63,424 nucleotides of DNA from an uncultured Gemmatimonadales bacterium (GTDB taxonomy: Bacteria; Gemmatimonadota; Gemmatimonadetes; Gemmatimonadales; GWC2-71-9): the NCBI GenBank assembly GCA_963844035.1, contig CAWJMT010000006.1:1-63424 (forward strand), in the 5' to 3' direction. Positions 26,509 to 37,031 of the stretch are shown here, piece after piece. The translations under genes were made by a program, and so were the position numbers. Below the pieces are notes generated by a model, which made no database searches, was not told the DNA's origin, and worked only from the letters and a program-made list of their open reading frames with translations. Positions within the stretch are counted from its first letter, which is position 1. Each line of letters begins with the position of its first letter.

Positions 26509-27287
26509 GTGAGTATCCCCCCGCCTTCGACGCTGTTCGGCGACCGCTACGCCGAGATGTACGACGCGGTGTATGCCTCGAAAGACTACGCGCGCGAATG
26601 CGACCGCATCGAAGCGGCGTTCCGGCACACGACGCGCCCCGTGCAATCCATCCTCGACCTGGGCTGCGGGACCGGGAATCACGCGATCCCCCTGGCCGCC
26701 CGCGGATACCGTGTCACGGCGTGGATCGCTCGGCGGGGATGCTGCAACGCGCCCGCGACAAGGCCGCCGACGGCCCAGCGGGCGTCGAGTTCGTGCTCGG
26801 CGACCTGCGCGACCTGCGCCTGGGCCGGATGTTCGACGCGTGCATCGTCATGTTCGCCGTGCTGGGATACCAGACGACCAACGAGGAGGTCGCCGCGGCG
26901 CTCGACACGGTGCGGCGGCACCTCGAGCCGGGCGGAGTGCTGGTCTTCGATGTCTGGAACGGCATGGCCGTGCTCACCATCGGGCCGAGCGACCGGACGC
27001 GAATCGTGCCGAGTGAGGCGGGACAGATCGAGCGGCACACGTCGGGTACCCTGGATCTGCGACGGCACCTCTGTCACGTCCACATGCGCCAGATGCTCGT
27101 CGCAGGGGACAGAATCATCTCCGAAACGGAAGAGACACACGCCATGCGGTACTTCTTCCCGATGGAGTTGGACCTGCTGCTCGATCACGCGGGCTTCGAC
27201 GTGGCGGAGATGACGCCGTTCGACCACCCGCAACAGCCGCTCGACGCCAGCGCGTGGAACATGCTGGTCGTGGCGCGGCGCCGCTGA
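26509..27287 (+). CDS. Class I SAM-dependent methyltransferase, frameshift ~26715
   Basis: YDAVYASKDY, ILDLGCGTGNH, GVDRSAGML, HLEPGGVLVFD. Confidence 0.85.
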
Positions 27288-28562
27288 GGCCAGGCGGGAC
27301 GCGGGCCCGCACGATCCGCCGCAGCGCGCGCTGCACGCGGCGCCACTGGGCCGCGACGGCTTTGTGCGGGGCGAGAAGCTTCTCGCGGTCGCGCGGCCAC
27401 ACCAGCCAGAGCAGCGCCGCCAGCACCTCCCGGGGCGACGCCAGCCAAACGAACCGCTCCCGCAGCGCCGGATAGGGGTGCAGCCGCGGCGCCGTGGCGG
27501 GCGTCATGCCACGCACCAGCCGCCGCAATCGCCGCGGTGCGGCTCCCGCAATCCCCGCCAGAACGCGCCGGTCGATCGTGCCGGGCACCAGACGCTCGGC
27601 GAGATCGAGCGCGGGATACACGAACCGGCCCGACTCCGTTCGGGCGACGAGATCGGCAAACGCCTCCCAGCGATCGGGGTGCCCGGCGAAGTCGCGCTGC
27701 GCGACCAGCACGAGCTCGATGAGCCGCATCAGCGTGATGCTGTAGAAGTGGCTCGACGCATGCAACGCGAGGTAGGTGAACAACAGCGGCTGCGCCAGCA
27801 CCAGAACCGGCCGGGAAAACTCCTGCCACACTTCGCCGGCCGACAAGTCTGGAGTGCCGAGTCCGGTCTCCAGCCCCTCGAACACGAGGCGATCGAGCGA
27901 CTGATGCATGTCGATGGCCCAGGGCGCGTCGGCGTGCACGTACTCGAGGGTCGGGATGCGCCGGCGCCCCGGCGGCGCCCATGCGCTGTGGCGTGGTTGG
28001 CTGGGATGGTTCGATTCAACGAGACCCAGGCCGCGCAGCACGTCGCGCGCCGGCGACCAGTCGTCGGGCCGCACGAGCAGGTCGATGTCGGATGACAAGC
28101 GCGTGCCGGGCTCCGGGAAGTAGCAGTATCCGGTGTGCATCCCCTTGAGCACCCAGACATCCACGCCGCGTGCCGGCGAGGGCGACGATCGCTCGCTCCA
28201 GCTCGTAGCGCAGCGACGCGGCGCGGCGGCGCCCGTGATCCAGGTGCGTGGCGAACAATGCCGCGACATCCGGCTCGGCGGTCACGCGGCCGGTCTCGCA
28301 CCAGAATCCCGATCAGCGATCCCACGCCGGCCGGGAAGGCCGCGATGCCGAGTGCGCGGGTCCCCGGCCACGCCGGGGAGTGTAAGGTCACGGGGCCCGG
28401 CGCGCCGCTCAACACCGCCGCGACGACCCGAGCCAGCTCTACCTCCGCCGCCCGAAATGCGGACACGGGAACGTCGGGCCAGAGATCCCGTGCGTGGAGC
28501 GTCCTGCCAGACAGCGCGATCCGCCGGTCGATTTCCTCCTGGGGCTCTTCCTGGCGTTCCGT
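27115..28562 (-). CDS. Uncharacterised nucleotidyltransferase family protein (NTP_transf_5-like); frameshifted, ends uncertain
   Basis: VLKG...YFPEPGTRLSSDIDLLV, IDMH, LALHASSH. Confidence 0.7.
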
Positions 28563-30289
28563 TAGGAGCCTCCTCCCCCGATGAACCCTTCCTTCTCGAG
28601 ATACAAGAGGATCTCCTGCGCGGCTTCCGCGGGCGTGTTGTTCGCGGTGTCGATCACCAGTTCGGCGTCGGTCGGCGCCTCGTAGGGATCGGAGATCCCC
28701 GTGAATTCCTTGACGAGGCCGGCCCGGGCTTTGGCATACAGTCCCTTGCGGTCGCGTCCTTCGCACACTTCGATCGACGTGGCGGCGTGCACAAGAATGA
28801 ATCCGCCCGTGGGATCGATCATCGCGCGCACGTCCTTGCGGGTCTTGTCGTAGGGCGCGATCGGCGCGCAAATCGCGATGCCGCCGTTCTTCGTGATCTC
28901 AGAGGCCACATACCCGATGCGCCGGATGTTGATGTCGCGGTGCTCCTTCGAAAATCCGAGCTCCGAGGAGAGATTCTTGCGCACCATGTCCCCGTCCAGC
29001 AGCGTCACCGCGCGACCGCCCAGCTCGAGCAGCTTGACCAGGAGTACGTTGGCGATCGTGGACTTGCCCGACCCCGACAGTCCCGTGAAGAACACGGTGA
29101 ACCCCTGGCGGGCGCGGGGCGGTGAGCTGCGGCGCAGCTCCTTTTCAACCGCGGGGAACGTGAACCACGGTGGCAGATCGATCCCCAGCTGCAGTCGGCG
29201 GCGTTGCTCGGTCCCCGAGATGTCGATCGTCTCCGCCCCCGCCGGCACCGCATCCTCGGGGACGTAGGTGTCCAGCTTGGGCACGTACAGCATCTGCTTG
29301 AAGGGCACCATCGCGATGCCCAGCTCCTTCTGGTGCCGCTCGAGCAGCTGCTGCGCGTCGTACGGGCCGTAGAACGGCTTGCCGCTCGAGTCCTTGCCGG
29401 GCCCGGCGTGATCCCGCCCGACGATGAAGTGGGTGCAGCCGTAGTTCTTGCGGATGATCGCGTGCCACACCGCCTCCCGCGGCCCACCCATCCGCATCGC
29501 GAGGCCGAGCAGCGACAGCATCGCGGAGTTGGGCGGATAGCTCGACATCAGCGCCTCGTAGCAGCGCACGCGCGTGTAGTGGTCCACGTCCCCCGGCTTC
29601 GTCATGCCGACGACCGGATGGATCATCAGGTTCGCGCCGACCTCCTTCGCCGCCCGCAGCGTCAACTCCTGATGCGCCCGATGCAACGGGTTCCGGGTCT
29701 GGAACGCCACCACGGTACGCCAGCCCCGGCGCGCGAATTCGGCGCGGACTTCGGCGGGGGTGCGCCGCAGCGCCTGGAAGTCGTAGTGCAGCGGAGGTTG
29801 CAGGCCCTCGATCTTGCCGCCCACGTACACCGGATGCGCGCGGTCGAGCAGGTGTGCCACGCCCGGGTGTTCCTTATTCGTGGTGCCGAACACCGCCTGC
29901 GCCTCTTTCTCGCGATCGGGGCTCCACAGGTCTTCGATGTGCAGCGCCGCCAGCATGACCCCCTCGGCATCCCGCAGCGCCAGCATTCCTCCCGCCTGGA
30001 GCTTGTCGGCGAACTCCTTGGGAACGTCGAGCGTGATCGGCATCGGCCAGAGCGCGCCGCTCGCGAGCTTCATCTCCGCACACACCCGCTCGTAGTCGGC
30101 CCGGCGCAGAAACCCCGTGAGCGGCGAAAACGCGCCGTCCATCAGCAGCTCCAGGTCGCAGATCTGGCGGGGGGTGAGGTCCCAGGAAGGCCAGGCGCGC
30201 GAGCTGTCGCGCAGCTCCGCCTGCCGCGCGGCGCCGGCAATGAGATTCACGAGCGCTCCGCCGTGGGGCGCGATGAGATGGTCGGTCAT
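28562..30289 (-). CDS. sat/cysC: Bifunctional sulfate adenylyltransferase / adenylylsulfate kinase
   Basis: FQTRNPLHRAH, GRDHAG, TGLSGSGKST, LLDGD, RDRKGLY, FTGISDPYE. Confidence 0.96.
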   Translation of the reverse strand: MTDHLIAPHGGALVNLIAGAARQAELRDSSRAWPSWDLTPRQICDLELLMDGAFSPLTGFLRRADYERVCAEMKLASGALWPMPITLDVPKEFADKLQAGGMLALRDAEGVMLAALHIEDLWSPDREKEAQAVFGTTNKEHPGVAHLLDRAHPVYVGGKIEGLQPPLHYDFQALRRTPAEVRAEFARRGWRTVVAFQTRNPLHRAHQELTLRAAKEVGANLMIHPVVGMTKPGDVDHYTRVRCYEALMSSYPPNSAMLSLLGLAMRMGGPREAVWHAIIRKNYGCTHFIVGRDHAGPGKDSSGKPFYGPYDAQQLLERHQKELGIAMVPFKQMLYVPKLDTYVPEDAVPAGAETIDISGTEQRRRLQLGIDLPPWFTFPAVEKELRRSSPPRARQGFTVFFTGLSGSGKSTIANVLLVKLLELGGRAVTLLDGDMVRKNLSSELGFSKEHRDINIRRIGYVASEITKNGGIAICAPIAPYDKTRKDVRAMIDPTGGFILVHAATSIEVCEGRDRKGLYAKARAGLVKEFTGISDPYEAPTDAELVIDTANNTPAEAAQEILLYLEKEGFIGGGGS

Positions 30290-30355
30290 GATAAGGAATC
30301 CACTGCTACTCCCGGATCTCTAGGGGTTGATGACGGGACGTTGTTCACGTCTGAC

Positions 30356-30470
30356 GCCGCGAGTGATCCGCGGCTGAAGCCGCGGCTCGGCGTCTGCCGC
30401 TCAAGCGGCGGTGCTACGCCCGTTTACGGGCAGCGGCCGAGCCGCGAGTTTACTCGCGCACTGCTACGGG
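30356..30470. repeat. Cluster of GC palindromes (REP/BIME-like) between hflX and sat/cysC
   Basis: CCGCGGCTGAAGCCGCGG, GCCGCTCAAGCGGC, GCCCGTTTACGGGC, CGCGAGTTTACTCGCG; GTAG tetranucleotides precede two hairpins on the minus strand. Confidence 0.6.
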
Positions 30471-30503
30471 GGACAAACTAGTGGCGTCAGCCCCGCAGGG
30501 GAA

Positions 30504-31856
30504 TCATCCGAGAATCTCGACTCCCACCCCTTCGTGCCGGAGCCTGCCGAGCAGGCTGGCCTGCACCCGGGCCGTGACGACCACGACCCCATCGACGTGT
30601 TCCTGCCCCATCACTTCTGCGTCCCGGTGCAACGCCGCGAGCAGCTTCCCGTCGCCCAGCGGCACTCGCACCTTGGCAATCGGACGGAGGGCTTGGGCAG
30701 AGGCACGGAGGGCGTTGCGGAGTCCTTCGATGCCGAGGTCGGTCGACGACGGTTGAGGACGGTCGGGGGCGACAGACGTGAGAACCGCATGTGGGAATCG
30801 CTCGCGGGCACCCTCCAGGAAAGCAGGTGGGTCGGGAAGGAGGTCAGCTTTATTGAAGACGTAGATGACGCGCTTTCGCTCGAGCGGTACCCTTCCCTCT
30901 TCCCTCTTCCCTCTTCCCTCTTCCGCATTCCGCAATAGTTCCAGGTCAACGACCCTCGCCTGGTCTTCCCATGCTGCATGCGACGCGTCGATCACGTGGA
31001 GTAACAAGTCCGCCTCCGAGGCTTCTTCGAGGCTGGCGCGGAACGAGGCGACCAGGTGGTGGGGCAACTTACGAATGAAGCCCACGGTGTCCGTGATGCG
31101 CACCCGGTACCCGCCGCCGACGTCCACTTCGCGCGCGACGGTGTCGAGGGTGGCAAACAGGCGGTCCTCGACGAACAGGTCGTCCCCGGAGAGCGCGCTG
31201 AGCAAGCTCGACTTGCCCGCGTTGGTGTAGCCGACCAGGGCAGCGCTGGGCAGCATGCGCCGGCCCATCCGTTGATTCGCCCGATGATCGGCGACGTCCT
31301 CCAGCCGGCGTTTGAGCACGCCGATCTTGCGCCGGATCGCGCGCCGGTCGGTCTCGAGCTGCGTCTCACCCGGTCCCCGTAACCCGATGCCGCCGCGAAT
31401 GCGCGACAAGTGCGTCCACATGCGTGTGAGCCGGGGCAGCAGGTACTCGAGCTGCGCGAGCTCCACCTGCATCTTCGCCTCGGCGCTGCGTGCGCGGCTG
31501 GCGAAGATGTCGAGAATGACCTCGGTGCGATCCATGATGCGCATGCCGAGCGCCTTCTCCAGGTTGCTGCCCTGCACCGGCGACAGCGCCTCATCGAATA
31601 GCACCAGCGTCGCGCCCGCGTTTTGGAGCACGTCCTTGAGCTCGTCGACTTTGCCTTGACCGATGTAGTAGTTCGGGGTGGGAGCTTCGATGCGCTGGAT
31701 CGCCCGGCCGACCACTCCGGCGCCCGCCGTATCGGCGAGCCGCGCCAACTCGTCCAGATGCTCTGCGACCTGTGCGGCGTCGTCCGAACCCTTGCGTGGG
31801 GCGCCGACGAGAAAGGCGCGCTCGACGGGGGGATGGACGTCTATGAGTTGGCGGAT
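30504..31856 (-). CDS. hflX: GTPase HflX
   Basis: ERAFLVG, GQGKV, GPGETQLETDRR, GYTNAGKS, DRLFATLD, DTVGFI, NKAD. Confidence 0.96.
   Translation of the reverse strand: MRQLIDVHPPVERAFLVGAPRKGSDDAAQVAEHLDELARLADTAGAGVVGRAIQRIEAPTPNYYIGQGKVDELKDVLQNAGATLVLFDEALSPVQGSNLEKALGMRIMDRTEVILDIFASRARSAEAKMQVELAQLEYLLPRLTRMWTHLSRIRGGIGLRGPGETQLETDRRAIRRKIGVLKRRLEDVADHRANQRMGRRMLPSAALVGYTNAGKSSLLSALSGDDLFVEDRLFATLDTVAREVDVGGGYRVRITDTVGFIRKLPHHLVASFRASLEEASEADLLLHVIDASHAAWEDQARVVDLELLRNAEEGRGKREEGRVPLERKRVIYVFNKADLLPDPPAFLEGARERFPHAVLTSVAPDRPQPSSTDLGIEGLRNALRASAQALRPIAKVRVPLGDGKLLAALHRDAEVMGQEHVDGVVVVTARVQASLLGRLRHEGVGVEILG
30735..30764. repeat. Imperfect 10-bp tandem repeat x3 inside hflX
   Basis: gaggtcggtc gacgacggtt gaggacggtc. 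Confidence 0.7.
30892..30924. repeat. 7-bp tandem repeat (CTTCCCT) x4.7 inside hflX
   Basis: Read directly; encodes EEGRGKREEGR. Confidence 0.95.
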
Positions 31857-31935
31857 ACCGGGCGACCTCCAACGAGCAGTGGCGCGCTAGCGAAACCTAG
31901 TGATCCCCGAGCGGCGGGGCGAGCGTGCTGGGAAG

Positions 31936-31953
31936 TGTAACATATCTGCAACA
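31936..31953. promoter_or_regulatory. Putative sigma54-activator binding site (TGT-N12-ACA)
   Basis: TGTAACATATCTGCAACA; weak GG-N10-GC motif at 32038-32052 downstream. Confidence 0.5.
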
Positions 31954-32136
31954 GTGCGGGCTCGGGCTCCCAGCCGGGTGAAAAAATTTGGCCAGGCAAT
32001 TCCGCTTCGGAGTCGCCTGTTTCTTGCAATCCGCGCCCGGCATGTGGAACGCGGGAAGAAGGGTGAAGAGCTACGTCGGCCGGCCCCAGGCCGCCGTGAG
32101 TCCGGCTCCGCTGCCCGCGCCTGTCGCCGCGGGCAA

Positions 32137-32641
32137 ATGCCCGGGTCCTGTTCCCGGACGAATTCACCAAAGACGACGAACGATCTGCCGGCGGCCCCCA
32201 CCAGGCGCCGCGCCTTTGGCAGGGTCTCGGGCGCGTCTCACGGCTACAGCGCGTTGGGACTGCTCGCGGGGTCGGGCCTGATCTACCTCGGTGCCGTGCT
32301 GGCACCCGCCATCGCACATCCCCTCACCCCCGACCCGGCCAAGCCGGCGGCGCTGGTGCCGACGCCGCTCGAGCGCCTGGATCGGACTCGCCGACACGCT
32401 GGCCCTGGCGACTGGCGCGTTCGACCTGCGCCTGCGCCTGTTCCAAGGCCACCAGATGCAGTGTTCCGACCTCGCCCGCGGCCTCGTGGTCGTCGAGGAA
32501 CGGTGGGCGGAATACAGCGCGGCGCGGGCAGGAGTCGGAACGGTTCAAGACTCGGCCCGCATCACCCTCGACCGGACGCTGTACGCCGGCGTGGACGCCA
32601 CGGAACGCCAGTTCGAGCGCTCCAAGTGTCCGAGACCGTGA
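32137..32641 (+). CDS. Hypothetical membrane/secreted protein; frameshifted, start uncertain
   Basis: Hydrophobic segment ALGLLAGSGLIYLGAVLA, then helical C-terminus ending SKCPRP; GTGA coupling to next gene. Confidence 0.5.
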
Positions 32642-34149
32642 GCCGGCCCTCATGGAGCCGCGCGGCGCGAACCCTCGTGCTGTGCGGCATCGCGGGCGGG
32701 TGGGCGCCAGGCGGCGGCTCAGGGTACTGATCCGCTGCGCAAGACCGACGTGGTTCGCCTGCTCGCGAGCCCCGTGATCAGCCGGAGCGAGATTGCGGCG
32801 CTGATTCGGCGCAACTGCCTCGCGTTCAGCCCTACGGAGCGGGACTGGGCCGATCTGCAGAGCCTGGGAGCGGATCCGGAAGTCCTCGGCAGCGTCAGCG
32901 CCTGCACGGACCGGAGCAAAGCTCGCGAGATCGCACCCGCCAGCGCGTTCACGGTTGTCCCTCTCACCACACGCATTGTGACCCCGCCCGACACGGACGC
33001 GAGCGTTCGCATCCAGGTCAAGCGAGGCGGCATCGCAGAAGCCGGCGTCGCGCTCATACTGCGTGGTGCCAGCGACATCCAGGGTGTCACCGACCAACGT
33101 GGTATGGCTGAGTTCGCCCTGCGGGCGGGACGGGTGGCAGGCACGTATTCGCTCAGCGTCCGCCTCGCGGGGGCGGCGCCTTCGTCCCGGGACCCCGTCG
33201 TCGAACTCGTCGTCCAACCTGCCGCACCCGCAGTGGCGGAGTTCGCGCCGACCCGGGTGACCATGGACTCGGCCGACGCTGGGCCGGTGAATCTCGAGGT
33301 GGTGGTCAGGGATGCCTTTGGAAACGCGGTGCCGGGCGAGGCGGTGGGGCTGCGCGGTGAAGACCCCGAGATGAACCTGAGCCTCGAGGGGGTGCGCACC
33401 GACTCACTCGGTCGCGCCGTATTCGTGATCGCGCCCCGGACAATCCGGCGCGCGGGCCCGGTGGCGATTGTGGTGCGTGAAGCGACGCTGGCTTCACTGC
33501 GCGCGGCGTTCGCGGTTCCGGCCAGCTCGCAGAGTCGCTTTGTCGCGGGGAGCGAGCAGGTCGGCATGGCGGGAACGCAGGTGAACGCTCCGCTCGTGTT
33601 TCAGGTGAGAGCCGGGTCGGGGCGGCCGCTCGCCGGCCGCGTGGTGGCATTCACCGCTCAGAACGCCGAGGTCACGCCGGACCATGCGATTTCGGACGGA
33701 GCCGGCCTCGCTCAGGTTCAGGTGACGCTGGGGCCGAAGGCCGGCGCTGCCGTCGTGATCGCGTCCGTGGATTCAGTGCAAACGAAGGCGACGCTCGCAG
33801 GTCCAGCCTGCGGGGCCGGCCACCGTGATCATCGAGCACAATCAGGGTGCGGGTCGACGGTGGGCACCTCGCCGTTCCCGCCGATGCGCCATTCGCGCTC
33901 AGTATCTCCGCCCAGGACGAGTACGGCAACGCGGCACCCGTCGCAGGCCTCGCGCGTGTGCTCGAGCAGATGCGGAATCGGTTCAACGCGCGTTCGACGC
34001 TGCTCAGAATGGAAAGCGTGCAGTCGGACAACTGGGTGACGACGGTGACGTTCAGACCATTGCGACGGGGTACGGCGGCGTTGACGCTCGCGGATGCCAC
34101 CGTATCGGTGGACGTGGGGGGCCGCGCCGGCCCGGGTTCTAGCCGCTAG
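32638..34149 (+). CDS. Secreted protein with a small N-terminal helical domain and invasin-like Ig (Big_1) domains; frameshifted
   Basis: Signal-like N-terminus; VTDQRGMAEF, VRDAFGNAVPG, RTDSLGRAVF, ISDGAGLAQV, QDEYGN. Confidence 0.65.
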
Positions 34150-34584
34150 GCGCGACGGTCGGTCGCCGGACGCTCCGCCGCCCGCGACACCAGGGCGAGC
34201 CAGGCCGTGATCTGCGGTAGGGAAAACGGCTTGCGGAAGGTCGTGTGGTGTCCCCGTTCCAACCACACCCGCACGTCGGGGGCGTCGGCCTCGCCCGTGA
34301 TGAACGCGATGCGCCCTTCGAGGTACGGCCAGCGGTGGATGATGACGAGGTACAACGCCAGCCCCGAAATCCCCGGCAACCGGACGTCCAGCAGGATCCC
34401 ATCGGGCGACTCCGAGGCGAGCCGCGCATAGGCCGCATCGGCGTCGGCCACCGTCAGCACGCGATACCCCATCGGGGTCAGCACACTCTCGAGCGCCGAC
34501 CGGAGCGATGCGTCGTCGTCCACGATCAGGAGCGTATGCGGGAGGCCGAGCAGCGGGCCGCTTCGCCGGGGAGTGGGGGCACAT
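34146..34584 (-). CDS. Single-domain response regulator (REC)
   Basis: LLIVDDD, ILLDVRLPGISG, FITG, RKPF; TAATG coupling with the kinase. Confidence 0.85.
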
Positions 34585-35787
34585 TATTTCTGGGGGCGGC
34601 GCGTCCGCGCGCCCGCCGGGGACGCGGTGCGCGGGGGCTGACACATCGGAAGATTCAGATCGAAGTAGAAACGAGTGCCCCACCCGCGGCGGGTTTCGAC
34701 CTGTAGCTGGGAGTCCATCGCGGCCACCAGCTTCTGGCACATCGCGAGCCCGAGGCCGGTCTGCGAGAACGCCTGCTCGCTGCGCCCGGAGCTGCGCCGC
34801 AGCGGTTGATACAGGCTGCTGACGATCTCTGGATCGATGCCCCGTCCACTGTCCCGCACGGCGAACTGAATGCCGGACGGCTCCCTTCTCCTCCGTCACG
34901 ATCTCCACGTACCCCTCGCCCGTAAACTTGAGGGCGTTCGTGGTGAGGTTGAGGAGCACGCGGCTCAACGCCACGGGATGACCCATGCGATAGTCGGAGG
35001 TCGGAGGCAGCAGCCGGACGGCCAACCGCTTTTCTTCCGCGATCGGTCTCACGATATCGCGCACCGACTCGAGCATGGCGGTCACGGAGAACGGCGTCGG
35101 CTCCTTCTCCATCAGCTGGTCCCCACCGCGCGCCAACTCGATGACGTCGCTCGCGACCGAGCTGAGACCGAGTGCCGCACCGTAGATGAGGCCCAGCTGG
35201 CGACGCTGCACATCGTTCACCGGGCCGCTCTGCTCTCGCTGCAGGGTCTCCGCGAGAAACAGGATGGACGTGAGCGGTGACCGAAGGTCGTGCGCGATCG
35301 CCACGAGCAAGTCGAGCCCGTTGGTCCCCGATACGCGGTCGGAGAAATGCTGGGCCCAATCGCCCTCGGACGCTTCGCGGACGCGCTCGAGGCCTGTGAG
35401 GATCGCGGGGATCTCGGTGTGTGTGGCCCTGGCATCCGACCAGCCGCGGATCACTTCGGCGCGGAACAACTCCAGCACGCGGCGTCCGTGGACCGAGCGC
35501 AGTCGCTCGTCCACCGCGACGGCTCTGTCCTCATCGGCCTGGATCTGTTGCAGGGTTCCGGCGAGCAGGCTGACGAGGCACGCCACCTCGGCGGCATCGG
35601 CCGTGTCGCTTCCCGCGGCGTGCCAGGCCTCAATGACTCCGTCGGCCGCTATCTGAAGTACGGGCGAGAGCGGGCCGACCGGGTCGTCGCCGGCCTTGAC
35701 CACCTTCGAAAACGAATGGCCGCCCCCTCCCGAACCGGCAGCTCGGGCGCGCGCGACCTGCGGACCTGAACTTCGATTTTGCGGCAT
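34584..35787 (-). CDS. Soluble sensor histidine kinase (HisKA + HATPase_c), frameshift ~34885
   Basis: AHDLRSPLTSI, NLTTNALKFT, DSGRGI, TGLGL, GWGTRF; no TM helix seen. Confidence 0.88.
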
Positions 35788-35837
35788 TGAACCGTGATAA
35801 GGGCAGGGGTGAATATGTCCCGGCCCCGGCCAGTCCG

Positions 35838-36950
35838 CTAGACGGGAGCTTGGGGTCCACCACCCAGGAGGGTGGGATCCTGACCACGAAACCGGGGGGG
35901 GTGGAGAAACCGGTCCTGGTGGGACATGGCCGGGGTGTATTGGCGAATGTGCGGCAAGCTCGTCTCGACGCAGGCAGTCTGGAACGCCGTGGAGGCTCGG
36001 GTGAGCAGGTCCTGAGCCCGAACCCGGGTGGCACCCGCGTCGTCCACGGCCTCAAACCCTCCCCGCACCTTCACCGGCGGCACATCCGAGCCCGCGGGTG
36101 TGCGCGTCTCAACCAGCCACGCGAGCCGCTGCGCCAGCCGTGCAGCCCCGATCGCCCGGGTGCCGGGAGCGAGTACCGCGAACTCCGTCTCGCTCCAGCG
36201 CCCGATCACATCCGACAGGCGGCCGTGGTTGCGGAGCACTTTCGCAACGTGCTGCAGCACGCGCGCTCCACCGGGCGTATCCTGCTCAGGACTGGGGTCA
36301 ACGCCGAGCACGACGCATGCAAGTGACTGGTGGTGCCGCTCCGCCTCGGCCAGCAGCTCGCGCGCCCGGTACTCGATACCGCGCACCGCGTAGAGCCCGC
36401 TGACGGTGTCGAGCAGCCCGTCCGTGCGGGCCCGGTCCGCCTCCACCTTCACGCTCACGAATCCGTCGATCCTGGCGATCAGCTCCTGCGCGTTCAGCGG
36501 GAACGCCAACACGTCCCAAGCGCCGGCACGCAGGCCCGCGACGCGATGCTCGACCAAGGCAGGGGCGCCGGAGACGATGATAATCGGCGTCCCCGCCGGA
36601 ATGGTCGCGTCCTGACGGAGTCGGCGGCACGTCTCGACGGCATCGGCCTGGGGTGACCCGACGAGAATGATGTGCCACTCGCCCCCGGGGCCGACCTCCG
36701 GGGCAGGCGCGTCATCGGCCGCCTGCACCACGTCGTAGCCGGCCGGTGCGAGGATGCTCTCCAGTGCGCCCCCGCACCACTCGTCTGCCCCGACAATGAG
36801 CGCACGCCGAACGGAGGGCCGCGGTTGGTGCGAGCTCAGGATCTCTCCCCAGGCAAAAAGGGTGGTACGTGACGACGGCGCAGCGCGGGCGCGCAGCCGA
36901 TAGACACTCCGTGGGGGAGCGGCTCGGCGAGGAGAGTCGCTGATACTCAC
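35838..36950 (-). CDS. Pseudo-receiver + degenerate GGDEF protein; ends uncertain
   Basis: REC-like fold lacking the Asp (IILVG) and Lys (AFP); DTVSGLY...RLSDVIGRWSETEF. Confidence 0.8.
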   Translation of the reverse strand: MSISDSPRRAAPPRSVYRLRARAAPSSRTTLFAWGEILSSHQPRPSVRRALIVGADEWCGGALESILAPAGYDVVQAADDAPAPEVGPGGEWHIILVGSPQADAVETCRRLRQDATIPAGTPIIIVSGAPALVEHRVAGLRAGAWDVLAFPLNAQELIARIDGFVSVKVEADRARTDGLLDTVSGLYAVRGIEYRARELLAEAERHHQSLACVVLGVDPSPEQDTPGGARVLQHVAKVLRNHGRLSDVIGRWSETEFAVLAPGTRAIGAARLAQRLAWLVETRTPAGSDVPPVKVRGGFEAVDDAGATRVRAQDLLTRASTAFQTACVETSLPHIRQYTPAMSHQDRFLHPPRFRGQDPTLLGGGPQAPV

Positions 36951-37031
36951 GCGTAACGATGAATAGCGGATCGGGCACTGCGATACTAGGGGAACTACCA
37001 GGGGGGCAACAGGGGAATACCCGGGTGGCGA

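Noticed and set aside
33829..35787. 652-aa kinase ORF running over the REC gene
   Set aside because: Frameshift near 34885; the true G-boxes continue in the 34584-34859 frame.
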